This document shows, in pieces, positions 17,608 through 25,326 of a stretch of 63,152 nucleotides of DNA. The notes below the pieces were generated by a model. That model saw nothing but the letters and a program-made list of their open reading frames with translations. It was not told the DNA's origin and searched no databases. The stretch comes from Nanobdellota archaeon (GTDB lineage Archaea > Nanobdellota > Nanobdellia > Pacearchaeales > GW2011-AR1). The first letter of the stretch is position 1. The number at the start of each line of letters is the position of its first letter. Position numbers and translations under genes: made by a program. Location: the NCBI GenBank assembly GCA_018818285.1, contig JAHIRT010000032.1:1-63152 (forward strand), written 5' to 3'.

Positions 17608-18273
17608 ATGGCAAAAAAAAATAAAACAGAAGATAAAAAAAATTCTAAGAGTATAGTTAAACTAGAAGAGAAACAAATAAAAATTTTTGTTTGGGTTATG
17701 ATTTTTGCAGTAGTTTTTTTTCTTGCAATTTATCTTTCTGCAATTAGTGAAAAAAAGTTTAAGTATTCTGGATTAATTTTTGAAAAAAAAGGGCAGGGTG
17801 ATTTGTTTTTGTATTACACTGAATTTCCTGTTATTGATTTTAATGGGAATGTTGTATCAAAGATTCCATTTTATTTTAGAGAAGACCCAAGAAAACTTCA
17901 AGATATAGCAATTCTTGGAGGAAAAATAATGTTAAGAAAAAATGTTGCACTTGCTATAAATGGAGATGATATTGAAAATTGTGAAGATGGTGTTTTGTCA
18001 GGGACTGTTATATCCTTATTTTTGAGCAAATCAGGAGTATCATCATTTGGAGCAACAACAAACCAAAAAGAAGCAGAAGAATTGAATAGGCGATATGTAA
18101 ATTGTAAAAATCCTGGAGATTACTCTGTAATTGTTTTTCAAAAAGCAGATGAAAATAAGATAATTAAAAGCGGGGATTGTTATACAATACAATATAGTAA
18201 TTGCGAGATTATGAATGTTACTGAAAAATTTATGATAGCATTATATGCTCATTCAAGAGGAATTGATATTTAA
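17608..18273 (+). CDS. N-terminally anchored extracytoplasmic Cys-containing protein (distant paralog of 17080..17604)
   Basis: TM helix IFVWVMIFAVVFFLAIYLSAI. The C-terminal segment NCKNPGDYSVIVFQKADE...GDCYTIQYSNCEIMNVTEKF has spacing similar to the upstream gene. Confidence 0.5.
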   Translation: MAKKNKTEDKKNSKSIVKLEEKQIKIFVWVMIFAVVFFLAIYLSAISEKKFKYSGLIFEKKGQGDLFLYYTEFPVIDFNGNVVSKIPFYFREDPRKLQDIAILGGKIMLRKNVALAINGDDIENCEDGVLSGTVISLFLSKSGVSSFGATTNQKEAEELNRRYVNCKNPGDYSVIVFQKADENKIIKSGDCYTIQYSNCEIMNVTEKFMIALYAHSRGIDI

Positions 18274-18274
18274 T

Positions 18275-18742
18275 ATGGCAATAAATCCCCTATTAATTGC
18301 ATTAATTTTATCTATTCTTCCAATATCTGAATTAAGAGCTGGAATTCCTTATGCAATATTAAATGGGATTAGTCCAATAACTGCATTTTTTTTATGCACT
18401 CTTGCTAATATAATTGTTATTCCAATTGTATTTTTCTTTTTAGATTATGTAAATGATTTTTTAATGAATATAAAAATATGGGAAAAGTTTTTTGTAAAAT
18501 ATGTGGACCATAAAGTTAATAAGATAAAAAGCAAATATGAGTATCTTAGTTATTTTATTTTGTTTTTGTTTGTTGCTATTCCTGCACCTGGAACAGGAGC
18601 TTATACAGGAGTTTTATTGGCTTGGTTTTTTAAGATGAAGAAAAAAACAAGCTTTTATGTTATTGCTGGGGGTGTAATTGTTGCTGGAATAATTACAACA
18701 ATTCTAATGCTTTTGGGAATAGGGTTTTTTATGTTGTTTTGA
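18275..18742 (+). CDS. small multidrug-export-like membrane protein (COG2426-type)
   Basis: The N-terminus LPISELRAGIPYA and the later PAPGTGAYTG motif are typical of this family. The start is set at MAINPLL. Confidence 0.6.
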   Translation: MAINPLLIALILSILPISELRAGIPYAILNGISPITAFFLCTLANIIVIPIVFFFLDYVNDFLMNIKIWEKFFVKYVDHKVNKIKSKYEYLSYFILFLFVAIPAPGTGAYTGVLLAWFFKMKKKTSFYVIAGGVIVAGIITTILMLLGIGFFMLF

Positions 18743-19244
18743 TTTTTTGATACAAATACCAAATATCAGAATAAACAGGAATTTGTTTTATTTTAAATAT
18801 TTTTATTTCTGCAACCCATATAATAAAAACAAGAAAACTAGATATAAAATACCAGAATATTAGGTGGAATAAATTAAAGAAAGCAAAAGAATTTATGAAT
18901 AATATTGAGAAAAAGAAAATTCTTAAAATATTGAAAAGCAGGAAGAAAAATAAGGAAAATACAATGGAATTAATTCTTTTTTTAAGGGGCATGGGAGTTG
19001 TTAAATTAAGAATTAGTAGAAGATAATAGGCAGAGCCAGCAATACAGGCTCTAGCAAGCTCTATTTGGAAACCTTGCATTGAAAGAGTTATTCCTGAAAC
19101 AGAAACATTGAAAAAAATATTCAGTAAAAAAAATACAGGATAGATAGTTAGAGGTGTGAGGATAAAATAAAAGAGCCAGAGATTTGAAATTGCTATGAGT
19201 ATTAAAAGAATATATCTAAGGAAGATTGAATAGAGTTTATTCAT
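18729..19244 (-). CDS. compact exosortase/archaeosortase-family transpeptidase
   Basis: Polytopic 171-aa protein with the family triad in order and with correct spacing: Cys (ARACIAGSAYY), Arg (FNILRIFFF), His (FHLIFWY). Confidence 0.6.
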   Translation of the reverse strand: MNKLYSIFLRYILLILIAISNLWLFYFILTPLTIYPVFFLLNIFFNVSVSGITLSMQGFQIELARACIAGSAYYLLLILNLTTPMPLKKRINSIVFSLFFFLLFNILRIFFFSILFINSFAFFNLFHLIFWYFISSFLVFIIWVAEIKIFKIKQIPVYSDIWYLYQKIKTT

Positions 19245-19291
19245 GAATTAAAAAAGAAGTGGGGGTTTAAATAAATTTATTTAATTTAAAA

Positions 19292-21172
19292 TCAAACTCT
19301 CTGCATTCTTACAACAACAATTATAATTGCTAAAATCAAAACAACATTTATTCCAACTATAATCCAAACAAAATTATTTCCTTTAAGATTGCTTAAAAAA
19401 TTTGAAGTTGTAGCTGATGGAATTGACAAACTTACTGGTTGTTTTGTTGTTTTCCCGTCATAAACAGCTTTTATATAGAATACTTGCTCTCCTTGGGAGT
19501 CTTCATTAAGTTTTAATGTTATTAAAACATCTTGGCTTTCTCCTGATTTTAGAGTAACTGTTGAAGGTGTTATGCTACTTGTTGAACTGAAAAATTCAGC
19601 ACCTTCAAGACTTAAAGAATATGTTGTATCTTTTGCTCCTGTATTTTTTATTGTTGAGCTTATTGTTACATCTTTTCCTGGAGCTATATTATTTTCTAAT
19701 GTTTTAAGAACTGCTGTAATTTGAACTGAAGCTTCAGATTCAGATTTACAATTTCCACTAACTTTCATACCATATGTGAATTTTGCTTCTTCATCTTCAC
19801 TGCTTTCAAATATATCATCATCTTCATCATATACTCTAAATTCTAAAATATAAGATTCTTCATCAGCATCCTGAGGGATATCAAAAGTAAAATCTAATAA
19901 TTTTTTTCTTAATATTTTTATGTCACCAATATCAATATTTTGATTTATATTTAATTTTTTGTTGTAAATATTTACATAAACACTATCTTCATCATTATCT
20001 CCAATATTCCAAACATTTGCAGAGATTGTTGATTCAGAACCACAAGGTACTGACACAGGGATTTCTACATCACCTAAGATAACAAAGTGGTCATCTCTTA
20101 TTATTTTTATTGGTTCAGAATAATCTAAGCATAATTCAGATTCTCCATAATCTGAGTCATCACTGTAAACTTTAACATAAAAAATATAGTCTTCAACATC
20201 TTCATCTACTTCATCTGGGTCTAATTGGAAATTAACAATTGTTGTTTTATCCTTGTCTTCTTTAAGATTAAATTTACTAAGTTTATCATCCATTATGCAT
20301 TTTCCTTTTTCAGGATTATATAAACACCATTCTATGATTATATCATTAATAGAATCAGCAGCATCATTATCAACATCTATAGTAACTTTTATTTCATCAA
20401 GAGGATACCATTCATCATCTTCTTTTCCAAATCCTTTTTCATTTTCTATTTCAACATCCAAGTCTAATAAATCTTCTCCATTACATCCATAATCACAATA
20501 GGATCTTTCTATGTTTAAGGATTTAGTTATTTCATTAACACCAGGGGCTGTTACATGAACTGTTGTTGAGTTTCCTGATAATGGAAAACTTGAGGGCATA
20601 GTTGCTCCAATTGTTACTGTTGCTGAATTTCCTGGAGAAATTGCTGAAAGTGATGATATTGAAAAGCTAAGTCCTTCTACAGAATCAACTGCAACTGAAG
20701 GTGTAAGTTGTGTGTTTCCTGTGTTTTTTATTGTGAATGTTGAATTTTGTGATTGTGTTATTTTTGTTGGTTGTGTTACAGAAAGTGAGGAATTTGAAAG
20801 AATTTGAATGCTTACAGGAAGTTCGTCTTTTGCAGTTGTTTCACTTTCTAATTTTATTTCTGCATTTATTGTTCCACTTGAATGTTCTGGGAATGTTAAT
20901 ACAGCTGAAAGAGATCTTGTTTCTCCATCATCTATATTTGTTAAAGTTGGAAGTGTTGTCCATTCACCCATATTAGTAGTAGCAGACCAATTTAATTCAT
21001 CATAATCATTTCCTGAACAAGTAAGATTAAATTCAACAGTAACAGAACCTTGATTATGAGAAACACTGTCTGGAATATTTGTTTCAACTAATTCTAAATT
21101 TGCAGCACTAACAATTCCTGCTAAAAGCAAAATTGTTGTCAATAAAATCAATCCAAATTTTTTATTTTCCAT
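19292..21172 (-). CDS. large surface protein with CARDB-like beta-sandwich repeats and a C-terminal sorting-signal-like tail
   Basis: The start is set at MENKKFGLILLTTILLLAGIVSA (signal peptide). Repeated xxNxGxxxxxxxxV modules are present (TIKNTGNTQLT, NVWNIGDNDEDSVYV, TIKNTGAKDTTYSL), along with acidic linkers. The C-terminus is GNNFVWIIVGINVVLILAIIIVVV-RMQRV (TM helix plus basic tail). Confidence 0.65.
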   Translation of the reverse strand: MENKKFGLILLTTILLLAGIVSAANLELVETNIPDSVSHNQGSVTVEFNLTCSGNDYDELNWSATTNMGEWTTLPTLTNIDDGETRSLSAVLTFPEHSSGTINAEIKLESETTAKDELPVSIQILSNSSLSVTQPTKITQSQNSTFTIKNTGNTQLTPSVAVDSVEGLSFSISSLSAISPGNSATVTIGATMPSSFPLSGNSTTVHVTAPGVNEITKSLNIERSYCDYGCNGEDLLDLDVEIENEKGFGKEDDEWYPLDEIKVTIDVDNDAADSINDIIIEWCLYNPEKGKCIMDDKLSKFNLKEDKDKTTIVNFQLDPDEVDEDVEDYIFYVKVYSDDSDYGESELCLDYSEPIKIIRDDHFVILGDVEIPVSVPCGSESTISANVWNIGDNDEDSVYVNIYNKKLNINQNIDIGDIKILRKKLLDFTFDIPQDADEESYILEFRVYDEDDDIFESSEDEEAKFTYGMKVSGNCKSESEASVQITAVLKTLENNIAPGKDVTISSTIKNTGAKDTTYSLSLEGAEFFSSTSSITPSTVTLKSGESQDVLITLKLNEDSQGEQVFYIKAVYDGKTTKQPVSLSIPSATTSNFLSNLKGNNFVWIIVGINVVLILAIIIVVVRMQRV

Positions 21173-21341
21173 TTTTACTAATTCTGTTACAATTTTAGAG
21201 TAATAATGGTTTATAAATATTTCGGTTTTGTAAAATATATAATAAAATTCAAGAATAAGAAGATTTATAAAAAGAAAAAACCTCAATAAATTAATAAGAA
21301 ACCCTTATTTATAAGGACTTAACAAAAAGGAGGTGAGTTAA

Positions 21342-21683
21342 ATGGCAAAAGGAAAGAATGTTATTGGTGCATGGGCATTTTTAATTGGAGTTATTTTAGC
21401 ATTAATTATTGGACTAATTGGATTATCAGCTACTTGGATAACAGTTCTTTTAGTTTTAGGAATACTTATTGGACTTCTTAATGTTGGCGGGACAGAATTA
21501 AAAGATTTTATGCTTGCGGGCACTGTTTTAGTAATTGTTGGAAGTTTAGGAGGACAGGCATTATATAATCTTACAATCGCTAATATTAGTATTGGAGCAG
21601 TATTCCCAGCATTAGTAGCTTTATTTGTTCCTGCAACAATAGTTGTGGCTCTAAAAGCGGTTTTTGCAATGGCTAAGAAATAA
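21342..21683 (+). CDS. small polytopic membrane protein (113 aa)
   Basis: A strong SD (GGAGGTGA) lies 7 nt upstream. It has three to four Gly/Ala/Leu/Ile-rich helices and is followed by oligo-T runs. Confidence 0.6.
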   Translation: MAKGKNVIGAWAFLIGVILALIIGLIGLSATWITVLLVLGILIGLLNVGGTELKDFMLAGTVLVIVGSLGGQALYNLTIANISIGAVFPALVALFVPATIVVALKAVFAMAKK

Positions 21684-21724
21684 TTTTATTTTTTCTTTTT
21701 TTTTCTTTTTTTATTTTTGTTATA

Positions 21725-21811
21725 CAGAAATTCTTGAAAACCACTGCCTTTAGGCAATGGAGAATTTCTGTCTCCAAAAATTCCAGACAAACCCACACTT
21801 TTAATTGTGGG
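21725..21811. other. Structured convergent intergenic region (two hairpins); bidirectional terminator or small RNA
   Basis: CAGAAATTCT(21725-34)/AGAATTTCTG(21761-70) encloses CCACTGCCT/AGGCAATGG. A second hairpin is CCCACA(21792-97)/TGTGGG(21806-11). Confidence 0.3.
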
Positions 21812-21835
21812 CAAAACACAAGAATTTTTTGATAA

Positions 21836-22441
21836 TTAGATGTCCTCATAATTAATTATATTATTACTGTCAAGTTCAAGTCCTGGACAAGCTGTATTAA
21901 TCCAAAAATCTATTTGGAAGTTTTCTAATTCATTTATATTAATTATATTTGACAAAAAAATGTGGAAGTTTTTATTTGGGAATTCTTTTTCTAAATCTTT
22001 TTTTAGTTTTTCTGAATCTTTGAATTTCTGTCCTGGTTTTGTTGAAACTAAGAGCCCTATATTATCAGATGCATAGAATTTTGAGAGTTTTGTTTTTTGT
22101 TTTATTTTGAAATTTTCTATTTCTTGTTTTGAGATTTTTTCTAATTTTCCGCAACTATATATATAGACTTGCTTTGATGTTGAAAATGCTATATTCAGGG
22201 CATGGAATTTTCCAGAACCAATAAGCAATAGTTCTGCTCGGGGTTTTATTTTAGAGCAGCCCAGGACCTGTTCAAAACCAAGAATTTTAAAGTTTTGTTT
22301 TTCTAAATCTTTTTTTATTTTCTCTGCTAAGTTCTTGTATTGTATACTATATAATATATGCAATTTTTTGGGGAGTTTTTTTAAATTGCCCATGTTATAA
22401 GATTCTATTTTTTTTATTGCTGGAATAAATAATATTTTCAT
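21836..22441 (-). CDS. dph2: diphthamide synthesis protein Dph2-like, compact (201 aa)
   Basis: Dph2-type segments are LHILYSIQY...VLGCSK...LLIGSGKFHAL and NIGLLVSTKPGQ...DFWINTACPG. It is much shorter than the roughly 330-340 aa typical of archaeal Dph2. Confidence 0.65.
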   Translation of the reverse strand: MKILFIPAIKKIESYNMGNLKKLPKKLHILYSIQYKNLAEKIKKDLEKQNFKILGFEQVLGCSKIKPRAELLLIGSGKFHALNIAFSTSKQVYIYSCGKLEKISKQEIENFKIKQKTKLSKFYASDNIGLLVSTKPGQKFKDSEKLKKDLEKEFPNKNFHIFLSNIININELENFQIDFWINTACPGLELDSNNIINYEDI

Positions 22442-22475
22442 GCGAGAAAAAGAAAAAAGGTATTTTTAATTTTAA

Positions 22476-22871
22476 CTATCTCCAATCATCTTTTGGCTTT
22501 TGCTCTGGTTGAGCTTGGGGCTTATAAATTTCTGCAAAATTAGGGGTGACAATTATTGTTGATTCTCCAAATCCGGCTATATCTCCTTCTAAAGCATCTG
22601 CTGTTTTCTTGATTTTTGAGATTGCTCTTTTTAATTCAATTAAATCTTTTTGCTTGAGAGCTTTTATATCAATAACTGCTATTGTATAACCTTCTCTTAA
22701 AGAATTTAAGATATCACTTACATCATCGAATTTTTTTAAAATAAAGGGCTTTACAATAATTTTGTTCTTTTTTATTTCCTGTCCAAAATCAATTTCAAGA
22801 TAATCATCTGAATTTTCATTTTCCCTTGAAAAGAATTTTGAGATACCTTCTTTTATTTTTTCCAATGGCAT
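22476..22871 (-). CDS. sepF: cell division protein SepF
   Basis: The SepF/DUF552 core is IIVKPFILKKFDDVSDILNSLREGYTIAVIDIKAL...ALEGDIAGFGESTIIVTP. ftsZ is nearby. Confidence 0.8.
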   Translation of the reverse strand: MPLEKIKEGISKFFSRENENSDDYLEIDFGQEIKKNKIIVKPFILKKFDDVSDILNSLREGYTIAVIDIKALKQKDLIELKRAISKIKKTADALEGDIAGFGESTIIVTPNFAEIYKPQAQPEQKPKDDWR

Positions 22872-22946
22872 AACAAATCTAAATTTAAATAGTTTATAAA
22901 GATTTCTATAAAATTTTGTATATTTTTAGTTTAATGAACAAAAAAC

Positions 22947-23291
22947 CTATTTTTTAGGAATATTGAATTTTTCTTCAATTTCCTTTCTTGTTTTTTCTAA
23001 TTTTTCTGTTAATATTTTTTCTTGTTTTTCAAAAGATTTTATTCTTAATTCAAATATTTCTTTTTTTTTGTTTAATTCTTCAGTTATCTCGCTTTTTTTT
23101 GTTTTGAGCATAACCTGCCCAATTATTTTGAATATTTTTTCTTCTTCAGATTTTTTTATTTCTTCTAATGCAGATATTGTTTCATTGAGCTCTACCTGAA
23201 ATGTTTGTTTTTGCAGAATAAAATTTTGCAGATTTTGCTCTGTTAATTGAAGTTCCTGTATTTTTTCCCTTGTTTCTTTATCTATATCCAT
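22947..23291 (-). CDS. pfdB: prefoldin beta subunit
   Basis: Coiled-coil/beta-hairpin/coiled-coil layout (QELQLTEQNLQ...IFKIIGQVMLKT...LEKTRKEIEE), 114 aa. Confidence 0.8.
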   Translation of the reverse strand: MDIDKETREKIQELQLTEQNLQNFILQKQTFQVELNETISALEEIKKSEEEKIFKIIGQVMLKTKKSEITEELNKKKEIFELRIKSFEKQEKILTEKLEKTRKEIEEKFNIPKK

Positions 23292-23292
23292 T

Positions 23293-23430
23293 TTAAACTG
23301 CCTTTATTTTAGTTGAATGCACTCTCGGTTTATAAAATATTTTACCATTACAATTAGGGCATGTAAATCTTTTTTCTAAGATTTTATTTGATATTTTCTT
23401 CCCGCACTTGAAGCATTTATATACTGCCAT
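23293..23430 (-). CDS. rpoP: DNA-directed RNA polymerase subunit P (Rpo12)
   Basis: The internal start gives MAVYKCFKCGKKISNKILEKRFTCPNCNGKIFYKPR, a CxxC...CxxC zinc ribbon of 45 aa typical of RpoP. Confidence 0.8.
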   Translation of the reverse strand: MAVYKCFKCGKKISNKILEKRFTCPNCNGKIFYKPRVHSTKIKAV

Positions 23431-23431
23431 T

Positions 23432-23647
23432 TTATTCTCCGATGTAATAAGTTCCTGATGCAAATTTTTTTTGACATTTACTGCAGTTCCAGATTCCTTT
23501 TGCAAGTCTCTTTACTCCTGATTTTTTGCAAAAAGGGCAAGTCTGCTTTTTTCTTTGTTTTGATTCTACTTTATTTAATTTTAATTTTATTTTGATGCCA
23601 TATCCAGCACCAAACCTTCCTGCTGATTTTACTTTTTTTGTTTTCAT
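23432..23647 (-). CDS. rpl37ae: 50S ribosomal protein L37Ae (eL43)
   Basis: AGRFGAGYG...CPFCKK...WNCSKCQKKFASGTY is the zinc-ribbon signature of eL43. Confidence 0.9.
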   Translation of the reverse strand: MKTKKVKSAGRFGAGYGIKIKLKLNKVESKQRKKQTCPFCKKSGVKRLAKGIWNCSKCQKKFASGTYYIGE

Positions 23648-23707
23648 AAGTAAGACAAAAAAAATTGAGTTTTAAATGTTTCTATTTTTTGAAATTTTTA
23701 ATTCTTA

Positions 23708-23794
23708 TGGGGCTGCCCGGATTTGAACCGGGGTCGTCAGGTTTTTTGCAAAGTCCCAAACCTGAAAGCTTAACCAAACTGGCCTACAGCCCCT
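23708..23794 (-). tRNA. tRNA-Pro (anticodon UGG) with short (~12-nt) intron at 37/38
   Basis: The reverse complement reads GGGGCTG-TA-GGCC..., anticodon stem TCAGG/CCTGA with loop TTTGGG|ACTTTGCAAAAA|A, T arm CCCGG-TTCAAAT-CCGGG, acceptor CAGCCCC-A. A TATA-like TTTATAAAT lies about 25-35 nt upstream. Confidence 0.8.
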
Positions 23795-23853
23795 TGTAAA
23801 TTATGGGCTGGTTTAATTTATAAATTTATGTTATGTCCATAAAACTAAATTAA

Positions 23854-24537
23854 TTATTTTTTGGGTTCTTCTTTTTCTTCTGTCTCTTCTTTCTTATCTT
23901 CAGGTTTTTCTCCTTCTTTGCCTTTTTCTGTTTCAGCTTTCTTAGCTTCTTCTTCAGCTTCTTTTTCTTCCTGCTCCTTCTTGATAATTTCTTCTTGTTT
24001 TGTTCTTATTTGTTCAAAGTATTCTTTCAGTTTGTCTAATTTTTCCTGGCTTGTTTCTGTTTTTCCTTCTAAGATTTCTTTTTCATATTTTCCAGAAACA
24101 ATTTGCTCTTCAACTTTTACCGGCTCTTCATTCTCTACAAGAACTCCTAAACTAACACAGCTTCCAATAACAGATTTTACTGCAGATTTAAGATTTCTGT
24201 CCAGCATATTTTTGTGTTTTGTTTTGGCTATTTTGATTATTTGCTCTATTGATAAATTCCCTGCTTTTAATTTTTTTTGTTCTCCAGATGCTTTTTCAAT
24301 TCCAAGTTCTTTTTTTATTAATTCTGAAACCGGGGGTGATGAGACTTTAATTTTGAATTCTTTTGTGGAAGCATCAACATCAAGTTCTACTGGAACCTTT
24401 AATCCTTTGAAACCTTCAGTAGCCTGATTTACATCTTGTATGACTTTTCCTATGTTTACTCCAATTGGTCCAAGTTTTTGGGCTATTGCTGGGCCAGGAG
24501 TCATTTTTCCGCCTTCAACTAATAATTTTATTATCAT
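23854..24537 (-). CDS. rpl11: 50S ribosomal protein L11 (uL11) with a ~70-aa Lys/Glu-rich C-terminal extension
   Basis: The uL11 core is GGKMTPGPAIAQKLGPIGVNIGKV...PPVSELIKKELGIEKASG. It is followed by a low-complexity tail EEIIKKEQEEKEAEEEAKKAETEKGKEGEKPEDKKEETEEKEEPKK. Confidence 0.9.
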   Translation of the reverse strand: MIIKLLVEGGKMTPGPAIAQKLGPIGVNIGKVIQDVNQATEGFKGLKVPVELDVDASTKEFKIKVSSPPVSELIKKELGIEKASGEQKKLKAGNLSIEQIIKIAKTKHKNMLDRNLKSAVKSVIGSCVSLGVLVENEEPVKVEEQIVSGKYEKEILEGKTETSQEKLDKLKEYFEQIRTKQEEIIKKEQEEKEAEEEAKKAETEKGKEGEKPEDKKEETEEKEEPKK

Positions 24538-24551
24538 TTTTACTCTGTTAT

Positions 24552-25025
24552 TTATTCTTCCTCTTCATCATCTTTATCTTCTTCTTTTTCTTCTCTTTGC
24601 AAAACTCTTAAGTTATCTATTTTAACTGTTACTGGTATTGGTATTGCTGCTTGCAATAAAGTTACTACTGCTTCTCCTTTTTGCTTATCTATTCTCATAA
24701 CTTTTGCTTTTTCCTTTTTAAATGGTTCTGAAATTATCTCAACAATATCATTTTTGATTATGTTTATTTCTTCTATTTTTGGTTCAAGCATGTTTTTAAT
24801 TTCTTCATATGAAACTTGTTTTCCTAAAATTCCTTTAACATAGGGGAGATTAAATGAAGCTTCTTCAGCAACTTCTCTTTCTAATGCTTCAAGCAGGATA
24901 TATCCTCTTAGTCCATGAGGTTTTATTATGCTGTATACTTCTAAATTCTTTTTTTCTGCTCTGTCCTGTATCATTTCCAAGACTCTTTCTTCTTTGTTTG
25001 TTGTGACTTTAATAACAAAAATCAT
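24552..25025 (-). CDS. spt5: transcription elongation factor Spt5 (NusG)
   Basis: NGN domain (IFVIKVTTNKEERV...GYILLEA) plus a KOW domain (DIVEIISEPFKKEKAKVMRID), with an acidic tail. It sits in the conserved position between secE and rpl11. Confidence 0.88.
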   Translation of the reverse strand: MIFVIKVTTNKEERVLEMIQDRAEKKNLEVYSIIKPHGLRGYILLEALEREVAEEASFNLPYVKGILGKQVSYEEIKNMLEPKIEEINIIKNDIVEIISEPFKKEKAKVMRIDKQKGEAVVTLLQAAIPIPVTVKIDNLRVLQREEKEEDKDDEEEE

Positions 25026-25108
25026 TTTATTTTTTATATTTGTTCCAACTACCCATAATTTATTAGAAGTAGTTAATATAAATTGAAAAAATGTATTTAT
25101 AAACTTTT

Positions 25109-25279
25109 CTATTTAAAAATTGCCATAAAGAGAGATATAAGAAAACCTAAAAGTCCAAGCAGAAGAATTCCTATAACAGAAATTTTTGAAGTTATTTTGA
25201 ACTCCTGTAATGGTGGCTTGCTTAAAACATGCCATACTCTTAAATATTTTCTGAAAAATGAATTTATTTTATATAACAT
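25109..25279 (-). CDS. secE: protein translocase subunit SecE/Sec61-gamma (56 aa)
   Basis: Hand translation gives MLYKINSFFRKYLRVWHVLSKPPLQEFKITSKISVIGILLLGLLGFLISLFMAIFK. It has the KP(T/P)xxEF motif plus a single TM helix and sits in the conserved position upstream of spt5. Not in the ORF track. Confidence 0.8.
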   Translation of the reverse strand: MLYKINSFFRKYLRVWHVLSKPPLQEFKITSKISVIGILLLGLLGFLISLFMAIFK

Positions 25280-25326
25280 AGAAATATAAAAAGAAAGGCA
25301 TTTTTAAATTTGTTTGTTTGCAAAAA

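Noticed and set aside
23861-24427. 188-aa Ser/Phe-rich plus-strand ORF
   Set aside because: It is antisense to rpl11 and driven by the complement of the Lys/Glu-rich tail, so it is not credible as a gene. The antisense ORFs at 5208..5489, 5841..6203, 10132..10476, 20253..20492, 20737..21005, 53733..54008 and 55821..56183 were rejected for the same reason.
25083-25289. 68-aa plus-strand ORF
   Set aside because: It is antisense to the hand-found SecE gene, which sits in the conserved position upstream of spt5 and has the expected motif and TM helix.
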